The notes under the pieces are model-generated. The model did not search any database. It was not told the origin of the DNA and was given only the letters and a program-made list of their open reading frames with translations. The translations under genes were made by a program, and so were the position numbers. From Candidatus Anstonellales archaeon (lineage in GTDB: Archaea > Micrarchaeota > Micrarchaeia > Anstonellales > J096): DNA of 64,000 bases. Shown here in pieces: positions 1 through 11,100 of this stretch. The stretch spans positions 262,488 through 326,487 of the forward strand of contig JAWACY010000001.1 in NCBI GenBank assembly GCA_038896535.1. Reading direction: 5' to 3'. How positions within the stretch are numbered: the stretch's first letter is position 1; each line of letters begins with the position of its first letter.

Positions 1-1366
1 TTTTATTTTTCATATACTTATCTATGAACTCTTTCTTTATTCTTTTTAATTCTTGTTCTGGTAATATTGATAATAAGTCCCAAGCAATTTCAAGTGTTTT
101 TTCAATGCCCCTATTTTCTCTACTCCCTTGGTTTATAAACCTTTTTTCAAATTCATCTCCAAACTTCAAGTATTTTTTGTCATTTTCTGTCAGTGCTTCT
201 TCTCCAACAACTGCGGCAAGAGCTCTTAAATCCCTTGCATTTGCATATGCTGCATAGAGCTGATCACTAACCTGCCTATGATCTTCTCTTGTTTTGTCTT
301 TTCCTATTCCAAGTGACATGAGCCTTGATAAACTTGGCAATGGGTCTATTGGTGGATTTATACCTTTTCTATTTAACTCTCTTGATAGCACTATTTGCCC
401 TTCAGTTATATAACCAGTTAAATCTGGTATTGGATGTGTTTTATCATCTCCTGGCATTGTTAAAATTGGAATCTGTGTTAAGCTGCCTTTTTTTCCTTTT
501 ACCCTTCCAGCAGTTTCGTAAATGGTTGATAAATCTGTATACATATAACCAGGATAGCCTCTTCTTCCAGGAACTTCATTTCTTGCAGATGCTATCTCTC
601 TTAAAGCCTCTGCATAGTTTGTCATGTCAGTTATTATTGCTAATACATGCATGTCTTCTTCAAATGCTAAATATTTAGCAACCGTTAATGCTATTCTTGG
701 GGTTATCAATCTCTCTATTGAAGGGTCATTAGCTAGGTTTAGGAACAAAACAGCCCTTTCTAATGCCCCTGTTGTTTGAAAATCTTTCATAAAGAAATGT
801 GCTTCTTCATGGGTTATGCCAATTGCAGCAAAAACAATTGCAAAAGGCTCATTTTCATCCAATACTTTTGCCTGCCTTGCTATCTGGACAGCAAGCTGGT
901 TATGCGGAAGCCCTGCACTGCTGAATATTGGCAATTTTTGTCCTCTAACAAGTGTGTTCATGCAATCTATTGTGCTTATGCCAGTTTGTATAAAATCGCT
1001 TGGCTGTTCTCTACTTGCAGGGTTTATTGGCAATCCAGAGATTGGTATTTTTTCTTTCCCTGTTGGTTTTGGCAGGCCATCTAATGGTTCTCCTATACCA
1101 GAAAATACTCTCCCAAGCATGTCAGATGAAACAGGCATTTTCATTGGTTCTGCTAAGAATCTTATTCCCGCGTTTTTGTTAAGCCCCTCAGTAGGACCAA
1201 AAACCTGTATTACTGCTATGCCTTTTGCTGTTTCTAAAACTTGTCCTTTTCTTGTTTCCCCATTTTCCATTGATATCTCTACAATTTCGTTATATCCAAC
1301 ATTATGCACATCAGAAACAAATATCAAAGGCCCAGAAATTTCATTTATTGTCCTGTATTCTTTCAT
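1..1366 (-). CDS. atpB: A-type ATP synthase subunit B (runs past window start, C-terminus missing)
   Basis: Manual translation from ATG at 1366 on minus strand gives [31 protein letters not shown]...[11 protein letters not shown], the typical AtpB N-terminus. It lies just downstream of atpA and has no stop before the window edge. Confidence 0.8.
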   Translation of the reverse strand, partial: MKEYRTINEISGPLIFVSDVHNVGYNEIVEISMENGETRKGQVLETAKGIAVIQVFGPTEGLNKNAGIRFLAEPMKMPVSSDMLGRVFSGIGEPLDGLPKPTGKEKIPISGLPINPASREQPSDFIQTGISTIDCMNTLVRGQKLPIFSSAGLPHNQLAVQIARQAKVLDENEPFAIVFAAIGITHEEAHFFMKDFQTTGALERAVLFLNLANDPSIERLITPRIALTVAKYLAFEEDMHVLAIITDMTNYAEALREIASARNEVPGRRGYPGYMYTDLSTIYETAGRVKGKKGSLTQIPILTMPGDDKTHPIPDLTGYITEGQIVLSRELNRKGINPPIDPLPSLSRLMSLGIGKDKTREDHRQVSDQLYAAYANARDLRALAAVVGEEALTENDKKYLKFGDEFEKRFINQGSRENRGIEKTLEIAWDLLSILPEQELKRIKKEFIDKYMKNK

Positions 1367-1378
1367 AAAATCACCACA

Positions 1379-3085
1379 TCAAAACTTCTTTACTTTTTCA
1401 AATAAAGCCTTTACTTCTTCAACTTCTTTTTCTTTCATTCTGCCAATCTCTTCTATTAAATGTGAGCTTAGAAGCGTTTTTATATCTGCCCCTGCATTTA
1501 GTGCTTCAAGCCCCTTTTTATAGAATGTTATTATAATATTTAACATTAAGAGCTGTTTTTCTGGTTCGCAATATTTATCTATTTCATGATATGCATTCTG
1601 CTGTAAAAAATCCTCTCTGATCATTTTTGCAACTGCTAATATAAGCTGTTCTTTTTCAGGCAGCGCATCAGGCCCAACAAGCTGTACAATTTCTTGTAAT
1701 TCTGCTTCTTTTTGCAATATCTCCATTGCCCTCTCTCTTAAGATTGGCATTTCTTCCCCTATGTTTTTTACTATAAATTCATTCAATGGTTCTTTGTAAA
1801 GGCTGTAACTCCTTAGCCAATTTATAGAAGGAAAATGCCTTCTCTGTGATAAAGATGCATCGAGTGCAAGGAATACTTTAACGACTCTCAATGTATTTTG
1901 GCTTACAGGCTCTGATAAATCTCCGCCAGGTGGCGATACTGCCCCAATGATTGTTATGCTGCCTTCTTTTCCAGACAGCGTTTTTACTCTCCCAGCCCTT
2001 TCATAAAATTCTGCCAGCTTTCTTGCCAAATAAGCTGGATAGCCCTCTTCTCCAGGCATTTCTTCCAGCCTGCCAGATATTTCTCTTAATGCTTCTGCCC
2101 ATCTGCTTGTGCTATCAGCCATTAAAGCAACATCATAACCCATATCTCTGTAATATTCTGCTATTGTTATGCCAGTATAAATGCTTGCCTCTCTTGCAGC
2201 AACAGGCATATTGCTTGTATTGGCTATTAAAACAGTCCTTTCCATCAATGGTTTTTTTGTTTTTGGGTCTTCTAATTCTGGAAATTCTTTTAGTACTTCT
2301 GTCATCTCATTTCCTCTTTCACCGCACCCTACATAGACAACAATATCAGCATCAGCAAATTTTGCCAAGCTTTGTTGAGTAACAGTCTTACCAGAACCAA
2401 ATGGCCCTGGAATTGCAGCAGTCCCGCCTTTTGCTATCGGAAAAAATGTATCTATAACCCTCATGCCAGTCAATAACTGCACTGTTGGTGGGTATTTTTC
2501 TAAGAATGGCCTTGCCTTTCTTACAGGCCAAGAATGCCATAATTTTATTTCTTTTTTTATCCCTTTATCATCTAATAATGCTATAACATCATCAAGGTCA
2601 AAAGGCCCTTTATTAATTTCTATGACTTTTCCTTCATAAGGGCTTAGCACTCTATGCTTTATTATCTCTGTTTCATCAACCTCCCCTATTATCTGCCCTT
2701 GTTTTACATAACTGCCTTTTTTTATTTTAATATCAACATCATATTTTTTGTTTTTTAATTTTTTTACTTCTATGCCTCTTGGAATATATACCCCAGCTTT
2801 TTCACTTATTACATCTAACGGCCTTTGTATGCCGTCATATATGTTCTTCAATATCCCAGGACCAAGTTCAACGCTTAAAGGCTCGTTTGTAGCAATAACT
2901 GGCTCGTCAGGTTTTAACCCTGTTGTGTCCTCATATACTTGTATCACTGCTTTATTGCCACTTATCTTTATCACTTCTCCTATCAATTTTTCTTCTCCAA
3001 CAAGTACAATTTCATACATAGAGCAATCTATGTCTTGTGCTATAACAACAGGACCAGAAACTTTGAAGATTCTTCCTTTTTTCAT
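1379..3085 (-). CDS. atpA: A-type ATP synthase catalytic subunit A
   Basis: 568 aa. Walker A GPFGSGKT, and the non-homologous insert region typical of A/V-type A subunits. Confidence 0.95.
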   Translation of the reverse strand: MKKGRIFKVSGPVVIAQDIDCSMYEIVLVGEEKLIGEVIKISGNKAVIQVYEDTTGLKPDEPVIATNEPLSVELGPGILKNIYDGIQRPLDVISEKAGVYIPRGIEVKKLKNKKYDVDIKIKKGSYVKQGQIIGEVDETEIIKHRVLSPYEGKVIEINKGPFDLDDVIALLDDKGIKKEIKLWHSWPVRKARPFLEKYPPTVQLLTGMRVIDTFFPIAKGGTAAIPGPFGSGKTVTQQSLAKFADADIVVYVGCGERGNEMTEVLKEFPELEDPKTKKPLMERTVLIANTSNMPVAAREASIYTGITIAEYYRDMGYDVALMADSTSRWAEALREISGRLEEMPGEEGYPAYLARKLAEFYERAGRVKTLSGKEGSITIIGAVSPPGGDLSEPVSQNTLRVVKVFLALDASLSQRRHFPSINWLRSYSLYKEPLNEFIVKNIGEEMPILRERAMEILQKEAELQEIVQLVGPDALPEKEQLILAVAKMIREDFLQQNAYHEIDKYCEPEKQLLMLNIIITFYKKGLEALNAGADIKTLLSSHLIEEIGRMKEKEVEEVKALFEKVKKF

Positions 3086-3396
3086 TTTATACTCACCCCA
3101 AGAGACCTTTTTATTAATTGATCAAGCGATTCTGCTTGGCTTATGCCTTCAAGAGATAACGATATGACAGCAGGCTTTAAGCTTTGCATTATGTGTTTTT
3201 TCGTTTTATTGCTAATATTGGAAAAAAGCTCTTCTTGTACTATTATTATTGAAGCAACATTCTTTGACATGACTTCAATCAATTTTTCTTCATTATAGGC
3301 CTCTATTGTTTCTATGCCAGTAAGCATGAATGCAGAACAAAATATGTTGTCCCCAACTGCTATTATTTTCTCTTTTTCCATTTCATGATTTGCCAT
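3082..3396 (-). CDS. atpF: A-type ATP synthase subunit F
   Basis: 104 aa small protein between C and A subunits in the conserved operon order. 4-nt overlap with atpA. Confidence 0.65.
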   Translation of the reverse strand: MANHEMEKEKIIAVGDNIFCSAFMLTGIETIEAYNEEKLIEVMSKNVASIIIVQEELFSNISNKTKKHIMQSLKPAVISLSLEGISQAESLDQLIKRSLGVSIK

Positions 3397-4455
3397 TTAA
3401 CCACCGTATAATGAATTTATTTCTTGCATTAAAATGTTTTTCTCTATATGCAAGTTTTTTGCTAACATGATTTTTCTTATTAACATGATTTCTTTTTCAA
3501 GCATAAGCAATACAAGCATTGTTTTATCAACTGAAAAACCAGCTTTTATAAACAATGCCCTTAATTTTCTCAACATCAGCATTAATGCTTTATTGTTCAT
3601 GTTTTCTATTGTATCGTTTTTTGATAGGCCATATACTTTTAATATTTTATTCATCTCATTATCATCATTCACTGCTCTTAATAATGCACTTATTTTTATA
3701 TTTCCTTCTACCATTATGTCCTTAGCCTTTATTTCTTTTCCTTCTTTTTTTGCATTTATAACTCTTATTATGTTTGCTATGTCAATATTCAATATCTCAT
3801 ATTTATATGCCATTGTATTCTTAATCTTGTTTATTGCATAATAATAAGCAACATCAAGCATTCTGAAGAAACTTTCAATATTAATATTCTTGCTCGATTC
3901 TTTTATATGCACTAATTTATTTTTTTCTATTGCATTTTCTGCTATTTTCCATACATTGCTGGAGAAGAATAACTCAAAAGGCCTGTTAGAATTTGCTATA
4001 TCATGCCAAAATTTCTTGTGTGTTTCTATATTTATTATAGGCATGTTTGAAATATCTATTTTTTCTTGCATGATCTTTTTGCCCAATACCAGCTTTGCAT
4101 TTTTGAACTCATATTTTAATAGGAATATATCTAATAATTTAGCATCATTTTTGTTTAATATTTTTCTCATTCTGGAAGCTGTTGAAGCAAATCTGTTCCA
4201 CATGCATATTTCAAGGCCAGAGGATAGGCCGTATTTATTTATTATTTCATCATTTATATAATCACCATATCTAGTTTTTTTCATAAGTTCAATCATGCCA
4301 TTTATTGTATCAACAGAAATAGCATCTATCATAAAATCTTTGCTGAGTAAATAACTTTTAATTGCCCCTGCCTTTGCATTGCTATATCCATATATTGTTG
4401 GGCCAAAAAATCTTCTTAAAACATTTTCAACAATCTCTCTTGCTGTCATAGCCAA
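3397..4455 (-). CDS. atpC: A-type ATP synthase subunit C (central stalk, V-type d homolog)
   Basis: 352 aa helical protein in the operon position between E and F. Confidence 0.65.
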   Translation of the reverse strand: MAMTAREIVENVLRRFFGPTIYGYSNAKAGAIKSYLLSKDFMIDAISVDTINGMIELMKKTRYGDYINDEIINKYGLSSGLEICMWNRFASTASRMRKILNKNDAKLLDIFLLKYEFKNAKLVLGKKIMQEKIDISNMPIINIETHKKFWHDIANSNRPFELFFSSNVWKIAENAIEKNKLVHIKESSKNINIESFFRMLDVAYYYAINKIKNTMAYKYEILNIDIANIIRVINAKKEGKEIKAKDIMVEGNIKISALLRAVNDDNEMNKILKVYGLSKNDTIENMNNKALMLMLRKLRALFIKAGFSVDKTMLVLLMLEKEIMLIRKIMLAKNLHIEKNILMQEINSLYGG

Positions 4456-5018
4456 CCCTGTAAAGTATAAAATATCCTCCTTAATTCATCCATTTTTCTT
4501 TCTATGTAATATGATAAGCTAAAGTCATACAATAATTTTCTATCTTTTGATATCGCCTTTAATCCTCTATCATTAAAATTATTGCTTATTTCAAAATTTT
4601 TCTCTTTTTTTATGAGCTTGCTGTATTCTTTTATGTATTCTTTTACTATCTCAACATCGTCTTTATTTACATAAATGATAAAATCTTCTAGCTCATCCAT
4701 AATTATTTTACATGCATTTTTTATATATTCTTCATAAGCCCTGCTTTTTATGAACTGCTCAATCGCTTCATTCAATGCCTGTTTAAAAAGCTCATCTTTT
4801 TTTATCTCTGCCTGCTTTTTTATGTCCAATTTCTTCTCTGCTTTTGCTTCATTCAATGCCTGTTTTAACTGCTCTTCATAGGCTTTTATTTTTTCTTCAT
4901 TTGCTTTTTCTAACTCTCTCTCATAATCCTCCAGCGCTTTTTTCACTTGTATTTCTGCTTCTTTTATCAATGCATCTGCTTGTTCATTTGCTTGCTTTAT
5001 TATTTCTCTATCAAGCAA
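4446..5018 (-). CDS. atpE: A-type ATP synthase subunit E
   Basis: 190 aa with K/E-rich coiled-coil N-terminus and globular C-terminus. Sits between K and C in the operon. Confidence 0.65.
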   Translation of the reverse strand: MLDREIIKQANEQADALIKEAEIQVKKALEDYERELEKANEEKIKAYEEQLKQALNEAKAEKKLDIKKQAEIKKDELFKQALNEAIEQFIKSRAYEEYIKNACKIIMDELEDFIIYVNKDDVEIVKEYIKEYSKLIKKEKNFEISNNFNDRGLKAISKDRKLLYDFSLSYYIERKMDELRRIFYTLQGWL

Positions 5019-5040
5019 ATTATCACCGTATATATAACCG

Positions 5041-5310
5041 CTATACCTTTTGTAAGAGCAGGAACGCTATTACAAAACCAAGAAGAGCAAGAACCTCTGG
5101 AAGCACCATCCAAAGCAATACTTTTCCTTCCATTTCTGGCCTCTCGCTTAACAACCCCATTGAAGAACTGCCTATTGCTGATTGGCTCCAACTAGCAGCT
5201 AATGCAGAAAGCCCCATTGCTAAACCCGCCCCTATTGCAATTAATCCAGGGGAACTTAAATTTCCTGTTGCAACTTGTTCAGCTATTTGCTCAACTGCCA
5301 TATTTTTCAC
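5041..5310 (-). CDS. atpK: A-type ATP synthase proteolipid subunit K (c subunit)
   Basis: 89 aa with two hydrophobic helices rich in G/A (GLAMGLSALAASW...). A conserved Glu in helix 2 (LPEVLALLGFVIAF). Confidence 0.8.
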   Translation of the reverse strand: MKNMAVEQIAEQVATGNLSSPGLIAIGAGLAMGLSALAASWSQSAIGSSSMGLLSERPEMEGKVLLWMVLPEVLALLGFVIAFLLLQKV

Positions 5311-7123
5311 CTCTTTTTAGCATGAATGGTTTGTATTCATAACCTCCTCCTTTGTTAAATCTTAATCCAAACTCCAATATTTGTAATCTGCCAGCCTGTA
5401 TAGTGCTTTCAAACATTGCTATGAATGCATTGAAAATATGGAGTAATAACAATATTAATAATATGAAAATATTTATTAAATTGAGCTCTGATGGCAAGCC
5501 AGTATTTATTATTTCTGCTATTATAACTCCAGCTATGCCAATTGCTGCTATTCTCAAATAGCTTGCAGGAACAGAGAAAAATGATGGCAGTTCCATTAAG
5601 CCAAATAGGCCCTCATTCAACAAAACAAGAACAACGCCAGAAACAAAAATTAAAGCAGACATTAAAACATTGCTTGTTAATGCATAAGTTATTATTGATG
5701 AAAATCCTAAAAACCAGCCAGTGCTAGCAAGCATGTGTTTTTTGTCTTTATGCATATAAGCATTTATTATTGATAGTAAGTATCCAAGCATTACATGGGA
5801 AGTGCCAAGTATTATACAAAGAAAGAGAAGGTCATTAAAATTATGTAATCTGCTTAGGCCTTGATAATATGCATTTGCTTCTTTTATTAATCCATAGGAT
5901 TTCAGTTTTTCAAGCCAGAAAACATGGCTTGAACCAAACCATTCGTCGAATATTAAGCCCCAGGCAATACCAGCAAGAGATGAAAATAGCCATATATTAC
6001 ATATATTATTAAGCATCTTGCTGCTCTTAAATAAATTTTTTATAAGCAATGCTATTATTATTGATATCAAAGAATAGCCAACATCACCTATTATCATGCC
6101 ATAAAATATTGGGAAAGTCAAAAAATAGAAGAACGCAGCATTAAATTCATCCCCCCTTGGCAATGAAGAAAAGGAATATGCTAGTTCATAATTTTTTATT
6201 GTTTTTGGCGATTTTATCAATGTTGGCGGGAAATCGCTATGGCCATGCTCCATATCAGAAATTTCTTCTATTAAAACGTTATTCTCGAATTTTGATAAAA
6301 TGTCATTTTTTAATGCTTCATAATCATTATGTGGGACCCAGCCTTCTATTATGTATATTGATTTAGTACCAGAAAAAAATCTTGAAATTTCTGCCCTGTC
6401 TTTTTCTAATAATAAAGAATAGTATAAATCCTTTATTTTTTCTTTTTCATTGTTAAGCATCTCAATCAATGTTTGTTTCTCTTTACTCAGAATTTTTATA
6501 TTAGGTCTTAGTTCTTCAATCCTTTTTTTTGGATTTTTTTCAGGCATTTTTATTGCCTGGAAATCAATGGATTGATTACTTTTTACTATAACAATGATAA
6601 ATTTACCTTTCTTCTCATAAGCCAGAGCATTTTTTAATAAGTTGTTTATTTTATCAACATTTTTATTTTCTTCAACTTTTATTACATAACAAGATAGAGA
6701 TTTTGGCATTTCATCATAGCTAAGAAGGTCTTCTATTTGAGTTAAATTATTTATTTCATTTGTCATACTTGCAATTTCCTTTTCAATTTCTTTTATTCTC
6801 TGCACAGCAAGTTTTAACTTTTCAATTTTCTCTTTTTCTTTTTCAATAATTGACAGTGCAGTTCTAATATTTATATGCTTGAATTCCTCAAATCGATTTT
6901 TAAAATTATAATAATCAGCTATTATGCTTATTTCATTAATTCCCTTTATTAAGGCATCATAAAAAGGCAAAGGGCCCTGCTTTTCAATTCCATTCTTTAC
7001 AATGCTTTTTGTTAAATGCAAAATGCCTCTTTCATGTAGAAAAGCGATTAAATCATATGCTATGCCCTTTGTGCATAATAATCTTATTTTAACCATTCTC
7101 TCTGGTCTGAGCATAAAAACCAC
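5291..7123 (-). CDS. atpI: A-type ATP synthase subunit I (stator a subunit)
   Basis: 610 aa. N-terminal soluble coiled-coil half followed by a C-terminal polytopic membrane domain. Operon position is upstream of K. Confidence 0.8.
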   Translation of the reverse strand: MVFMLRPERMVKIRLLCTKGIAYDLIAFLHERGILHLTKSIVKNGIEKQGPLPFYDALIKGINEISIIADYYNFKNRFEEFKHINIRTALSIIEKEKEKIEKLKLAVQRIKEIEKEIASMTNEINNLTQIEDLLSYDEMPKSLSCYVIKVEENKNVDKINNLLKNALAYEKKGKFIIVIVKSNQSIDFQAIKMPEKNPKKRIEELRPNIKILSKEKQTLIEMLNNEKEKIKDLYYSLLLEKDRAEISRFFSGTKSIYIIEGWVPHNDYEALKNDILSKFENNVLIEEISDMEHGHSDFPPTLIKSPKTIKNYELAYSFSSLPRGDEFNAAFFYFLTFPIFYGMIIGDVGYSLISIIIALLIKNLFKSSKMLNNICNIWLFSSLAGIAWGLIFDEWFGSSHVFWLEKLKSYGLIKEANAYYQGLSRLHNFNDLLFLCIILGTSHVMLGYLLSIINAYMHKDKKHMLASTGWFLGFSSIITYALTSNVLMSALIFVSGVVLVLLNEGLFGLMELPSFFSVPASYLRIAAIGIAGVIIAEIINTGLPSELNLINIFILLILLLLHIFNAFIAMFESTIQAGRLQILEFGLRFNKGGGYEYKPFMLKRGEKYGS

Positions 7124-7128
7124 TAAAA

Positions 7129-7503
7129 CTAATTAAAGTTGCTTATTTCTTCTATTAATGCATTAATTGCTTTTTTATTTATGCCATTTTTTGTAATCTC
7201 CCTTATTAATTTCTCCTTTTCCTGTTCACCAATTTCTGCTATTTTCCTTAATTCCTCTTCAAATTCTTTATTTTTTTCCATTTTTATTTTTTCTAATTCC
7301 TCTTTTTTCTTTTCTTCTAACAATGCCATCTTTTTTTGCATGCTGTTTTTTATTTTTTCTGCTTCTTTTTTTGCTTTTTCTATAATTATTTCAGCTTCTT
7401 CTTCAGCTTTTTTTATTGTTTCAATTTCTTTTTCTATTAAGCCATGCTCATTTTTTTCTTTGCTTTGTTTTTTTGCTACCATATTGCTATATAATAAATG
7501 CAA
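7129..7503 (-). CDS. atpH: A-type ATP synthase subunit H (peripheral stalk)
   Basis: 124 aa K/E-rich coiled-coil protein, first gene of the operon. Confidence 0.5.
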   Translation of the reverse strand: MHLLYSNMVAKKQSKEKNEHGLIEKEIETIKKAEEEAEIIIEKAKKEAEKIKNSMQKKMALLEEKKKEELEKIKMEKNKEFEEELRKIAEIGEQEKEKLIREITKNGINKKAINALIEEISNFN

Positions 7504-7598
7504 ATCTTTAAAATAATGAGTATGTAAATATGCATAATTGGATAAATAAAATGATTAAATAAAATATGATGGTAAATGAAAATATGCAGGGCGTTAAT

Positions 7599-7934
7599 AT
7601 GAAGCAAGCAGTAATAATAAATAAAGATTTGAAAATGGGGAAGGGAAAGATATGCGCACAAGTTGCGCATGCTTCATTGCAAGCTTTTTTAAATGCCAGC
7701 TTGAATGATAGGGAGATATGGCTTAATCAAGGAAGTAAAAAAATTGTATTAAAAGCAACAATGCAGGAAATGATTGATATATTAAGGAAATCAGAGCAGC
7801 TTGGTATAGCCAATGCAATAATAAGAGACGCTGGCTTAACACAAGTAAAACCAGGGAGCCTAACTGCCATTGCACTTGGCCCTGCAGAAGATGAAATAAT
7901 AGATGCATTAACATCTACATTGAAATTACTATGA
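7599..7934 (+). CDS. pth2: peptidyl-tRNA hydrolase, archaeal PTH2 type
   Basis: KQAVIINKDLKMGKGKICAQVAHASL... matches the PTH2 family core. Start is uncertain (in-frame ATGs from 7566), so the 5' end is the weakest part of this call. Confidence 0.75.
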   Translation: MKQAVIINKDLKMGKGKICAQVAHASLQAFLNASLNDREIWLNQGSKKIVLKATMQEMIDILRKSEQLGIANAIIRDAGLTQVKPGSLTAIALGPAEDEIIDALTSTLKLL

Positions 7935-8092
7935 TATTTTTATATGCTATAATATCTTGTAGGTTTAAAATAAAAGGCATAAATTTAAAATAAACAAGCA
8001 TAAAAATTAAAATAAATAGGTGACAATGCAAGTAAAACGTAAAAATGCAATTAAGACAATTAGATTAAGGAAATTATATTAGATTAAAGGAA

Positions 8093-8839
8093 TTATACCT
8101 CTTCAATAGAGAATAAATTAGCAGATTTTTCTATTTTTGATAATGCCTGTTTTAGATTATTAACCATTTTTTTTGCATCTTTATACTCTTCTGCTCTTAT
8201 TATTGCCATATACCTTGGAGCACCTATATATTTTATTTCTGCATACTTTCCAGCTTCAATGAGGGCATTTTTTATTTCCTCAACGCCATTTTTTGAGTAA
8301 GTCTCTATGTTTATAATAAGCTTTAATTCTATTAGTTTCTTTTTGTATGATTTTTTGACTAATTCTTCTATCATAGATGCAACTTTGCTATCTGTAATAA
8401 ACTCTTCTGCTATTTCTTTTCCTTCATCATATATATCAAGCATGAAGTCATGTAAATTATCATACTGCTCTAAAATAGCATTTTCTATTTCTTTTGCAGT
8501 TATTTTTGATCTGGCCTTTTTTATTGCTGTTTCTATTATTTTCCTTGCCTTTTTCGTATTTTCATAATCTTCAAATGCCTTTTTCCTCTGTTCTTCACTG
8601 ACCCTCTTTAATGATATTGTTGCTACCTTTTTATTTTTATCAACTTCTATTACAAGCGCAGCAGTTCTCATACCAACTTTTACATAATCACCTATATTTT
8701 TTACCCATTTTGATACGATCTCACTTACATGCAAAAATCCTTCATAATTTGGAAATTCCTCAAGCTCTGCTATTGCTCCATATGGCATTACGCTTTTTAT
8801 TTTTATAATGACAAGTTTTCCTATTTCTGGGTCTTGCAT
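8093..8839 (-). CDS. eif2a: translation initiation factor aIF2 alpha subunit
   Basis: N-terminal S1 domain (GKLVIIKIKSVMPYGAIAELEEF...GFLHVSEI) and the typical helical/alpha-beta C-terminus. Start is placed at the internal Met that overlaps the S27e stop (TGATG). The longer ORF-track N-terminus is out of the S1 domain. Confidence 0.8.
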   Translation of the reverse strand: MQDPEIGKLVIIKIKSVMPYGAIAELEEFPNYEGFLHVSEIVSKWVKNIGDYVKVGMRTAALVIEVDKNKKVATISLKRVSEEQRKKAFEDYENTKKARKIIETAIKKARSKITAKEIENAILEQYDNLHDFMLDIYDEGKEIAEEFITDSKVASMIEELVKKSYKKKLIELKLIINIETYSKNGVEEIKNALIEAGKYAEIKYIGAPRYMAIIRAEEYKDAKKMVNNLKQALSKIEKSANLFSIEEV

Positions 8840-9006
8840 CAATATTCCTCTAAAATTTCTCCATTTACTACATGCGCTTTTCCACCAGTCGGTTCGAGCA
8901 AAAGAGCCCCACAACCCAAGCATAGAACTTCTTTTGTTGCATGAGAAAACGATACCTGTTCATTGCCGCATTCTTTACATTTTAATTTTATAAATTTGCT
9001 TGCCAT
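8839..9006 (-). CDS. rps27e: 30S ribosomal protein S27e
   Basis: Manually translated 55 aa: [56 protein letters not shown]4 zinc ribbon, and the canonical operon position between L44e and aIF2alpha. Below the ORF-track size cutoff. Confidence 0.75.
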   Translation of the reverse strand: MASKFIKLKCKECGNEQVSFSHATKEVLCLGCGALLLEPTGGKAHVVNGEILEEY

Positions 9007-9010
9007 AATA

Positions 9011-9292
9011 TTACCTCTTTATTTCGAGTTTTTTCTTTGTCCTTGTTCCTATCACTCTTTCCATTTTTTTATTGCATTTATTGCATGTTAAAACTATTTT
9101 CTGCCTCTTTCCCTGTTTTTTTACTTCTTTTTTTCCTGCTCTCTTGCCTCCAAAACCTCTAAGCTTCCTTTTATGCCTTAATTCTCCTATTGCCAAGCTT
9201 CTCCTGCTTCCTTTTGAGGCTAATTTAACTTTATGCAATGTATGCTCATTGCAATATTTACAAAACGTCCTTATTTCTGCTGGATATTCCAT
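9011..9292 (-). CDS. rpl44e: 50S ribosomal protein L44e (eL42)
   Basis: 93 aa. [12 protein letters not shown]...[16 protein letters not shown]...CNKCNKK zinc-ribbon pattern of L44e. Confidence 0.85.
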   Translation of the reverse strand: MEYPAEIRTFCKYCNEHTLHKVKLASKGSRRSLAIGELRHKRKLRGFGGKRAGKKEVKKQGKRQKIVLTCNKCNKKMERVIGTRTKKKLEIKR

Positions 9293-9437
9293 TTTACCAC
9301 CAAAATTATTTCAAAAATTTATTCGTTAATATATTTATAAGCGAAAAATTTTTATATAAGAATTACTAATAAAAGTTAAGGTGAACAAAAATGGCAGCAA
9401 AGAAGAAAGCAAAGAAGGCAGCAAAGAGAAGATAAAT

Positions 9438-9480
9438 GTTGCCTTCTTTGAAGGCTGGAACGGGGCAATTTGTTTTTTTA
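9438..9480 (+). terminator. hairpin (GCCTTC-ttt-GAAGGC) followed by a T-tract, a putative archaeal terminator
   Basis: Perfect 6-bp stem at 9441-9455, then tttgttttttta. Lies directly after the tiny basic ORF at 9391-9435. Confidence 0.35.
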
Positions 9481-9860
9481 TTTAAGCCCCTTTTATTACC
9501 TATTTTTATTATCTATTAACGTTGTTTATAGTTTGTCATTCCTTAACTTATTTAATTAATTTCGTAATCAATTAATTTTTTTGATTAATGCATAACCAGA
9601 TAAAGCATATAATAATAAGCTCATAAAATAATAAAAAATTAGACGATAAAAAAGAGAGTGTTCAATATTTTTTATGTTGCCCATATAATATAAAACTTGA
9701 TAGGCTAAATAAATATTAACTGCCCCTGCTCAAATAATTTATGAAATAATTTAAATAATTTATGAGAATATTTACCATATATGTTATGGCAGTAATGAAA
9801 TTTTTTCTTATTTAATTTCCTTATCGCCTATTTAATTTTATTTGCATGATTTAGATTATG

Positions 9861-10682
9861 TTATTTACTGAATACGGAATAGATAAGATAGCTTATATCA
9901 TATACTGGCTGGAATGGAATAAATAATAATAATACTCCATTACCAGCCGCCCCCAAGTCTTCAAAGAAATTTCCTTCTATTTGAACATTTATTCTCTTGC
10001 TTTTGGAAATTGCTGATGGGGCATGTTTTGAATAAACATTTACTTCTATTAATTCCTTGCCCTTTGCAGGAAAAGAGAGCTCATTTACAACTTCTGATAT
10101 GCTATTTGCTGGTATGAAAACTTCCTTTCTTTTTATCTCCCTCGATGTTTTAATGTCAATTACAAATATATCTCCTGCATTCCCTTTATTTGATATTATT
10201 GTTGATAATCTTAAAGGTTGTTTAGGAGCTATTATATAATTCAATTTTTTTATTTCCATGTCCATGACATCTTTTGTTATTGTCACTGTTATATTTATCG
10301 TCTTATTACCCAAAAGCTCTGCATTGTCAAGGTCTTCTAGTTGTATTAAGAATGAATAATTGCCTTCTTTCGCATTTTCTGGGACTGTTATAAATACCTG
10401 CAATGGATTGTCAAAAATTTTTGATTGCTCTGAAGTCCAACCATCTGGTAATTTTAATGCATAAGCTTTATCATAATAGCCACCTTTGCCAAATCTCCCC
10501 CCAGTTTCAACTCTTTTATCTATTGCTATTGATAAAACTTGCCCTGGCCCAACAAAACCAGCATAATAGCTATTATCAACTTCTTGTTTTGTTGGCTCAA
10601 CTATGGTTATTGAAAATGAAATAGAAGAAAAAGCAAGAAGCACAAAAATGAAGTTTATAATAATTGTTTTATATGTTTTCAT
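9861..10682 (-). CDS. secreted/extracellular hypothetical protein, N-terminal signal anchor
   Basis: 273 aa. Hydrophobic N-terminus IINFIFVLLAFSSISFS. 4-nt overlap with the upstream S26e-like gene, so probably co-transcribed. Confidence 0.5.
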   Translation of the reverse strand: MKTYKTIIINFIFVLLAFSSISFSITIVEPTKQEVDNSYYAGFVGPGQVLSIAIDKRVETGGRFGKGGYYDKAYALKLPDGWTSEQSKIFDNPLQVFITVPENAKEGNYSFLIQLEDLDNAELLGNKTINITVTITKDVMDMEIKKLNYIIAPKQPLRLSTIISNKGNAGDIFVIDIKTSREIKRKEVFIPANSISEVVNELSFPAKGKELIEVNVYSKHAPSAISKSKRINVQIEGNFFEDLGAAGNGVLLLFIPFQPVYDISYLIYSVFSK

Positions 10683-10909
10683 TCTCTTCCTCTTTTTTTT
10701 GCTGCCATCTGTTTTTTCTTTTCAAAGACTTTTAAATGCTTGCCACAACTTATGCAGTAATATACATTTCTCCTTGTTAAATCTACTACTACCCCCTCTT
10801 GCTCTCCTAAATCAAAATTCATGCCTTTTGATATCTCAACTGCTTTATCTCTTGGCACTCTTCTATTGCACTTATAGCACATAACCAATGGCTCTTTTCC
10901 TCTTCCCAT
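10679..10909 (-). CDS. rps26e: 30S ribosomal protein S26e
   Basis: 76 aa. GRGKEPLVMCYKCNRRVPRDKAV...YYCISCGKHLKV aligns with the S26e signature (GRGHVxPIRCxNCxRCVPKDKA...HYCVSC). Confidence 0.7.
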   Translation of the reverse strand: MGRGKEPLVMCYKCNRRVPRDKAVEISKGMNFDLGEQEGVVVDLTRRNVYYCISCGKHLKVFEKKKQMAAKKRGRE

Positions 10910-10917
10910 AATATCAC

Positions 10918-11100
10918 CTATTTTAATAATATAGCATACTCGCCAGGGGTTTTTATATTTAACAGTTTTGCTATTTTACTTTTTTCAATATCTATAATTA
11001 CAACAATGCCTGAAAATTTGTCAGTTAAATCATCGCTATTGCATAATGGACATTTATCAGCATTTTTTGATATAAATTTACAGTTTCTGCATGCTTTCAT
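10918..11100 (-). CDS. spt4: transcription elongation factor Spt4 (RpoE'')
   Basis: 60 aa. CRNCKFISKNADKCPLC zinc ribbon followed by LTDKFSGIVVIIDIEKSKIAK. Immediately downstream of rpoE' with a 4-nt overlap. Confidence 0.8.
   Translation of the reverse strand: MKACRNCKFISKNADKCPLCNSDDLTDKFSGIVVIIDIEKSKIAKLLNIKTPGEYAILLK

Noticed and set aside
24-1523. Plus-strand ORFs (24-257, 325-678, 776-1084, 816-1523, 1000-1182)
   Set aside because: They are antisense to the atpB/atpA coding sequence, which translates into a clear AtpB N-terminus on the minus strand. They are low-complexity frame artefacts.
7935-8092. Searched for a Nop10 gene downstream of aIF2alpha (canonical L44e-S27e-aIF2alpha-Nop10 operon)
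   Set aside because: No minus-strand ORF with the Nop10 zinc-ribbon motif is present. Only an 18-codon plus-strand micro-ORF is there.
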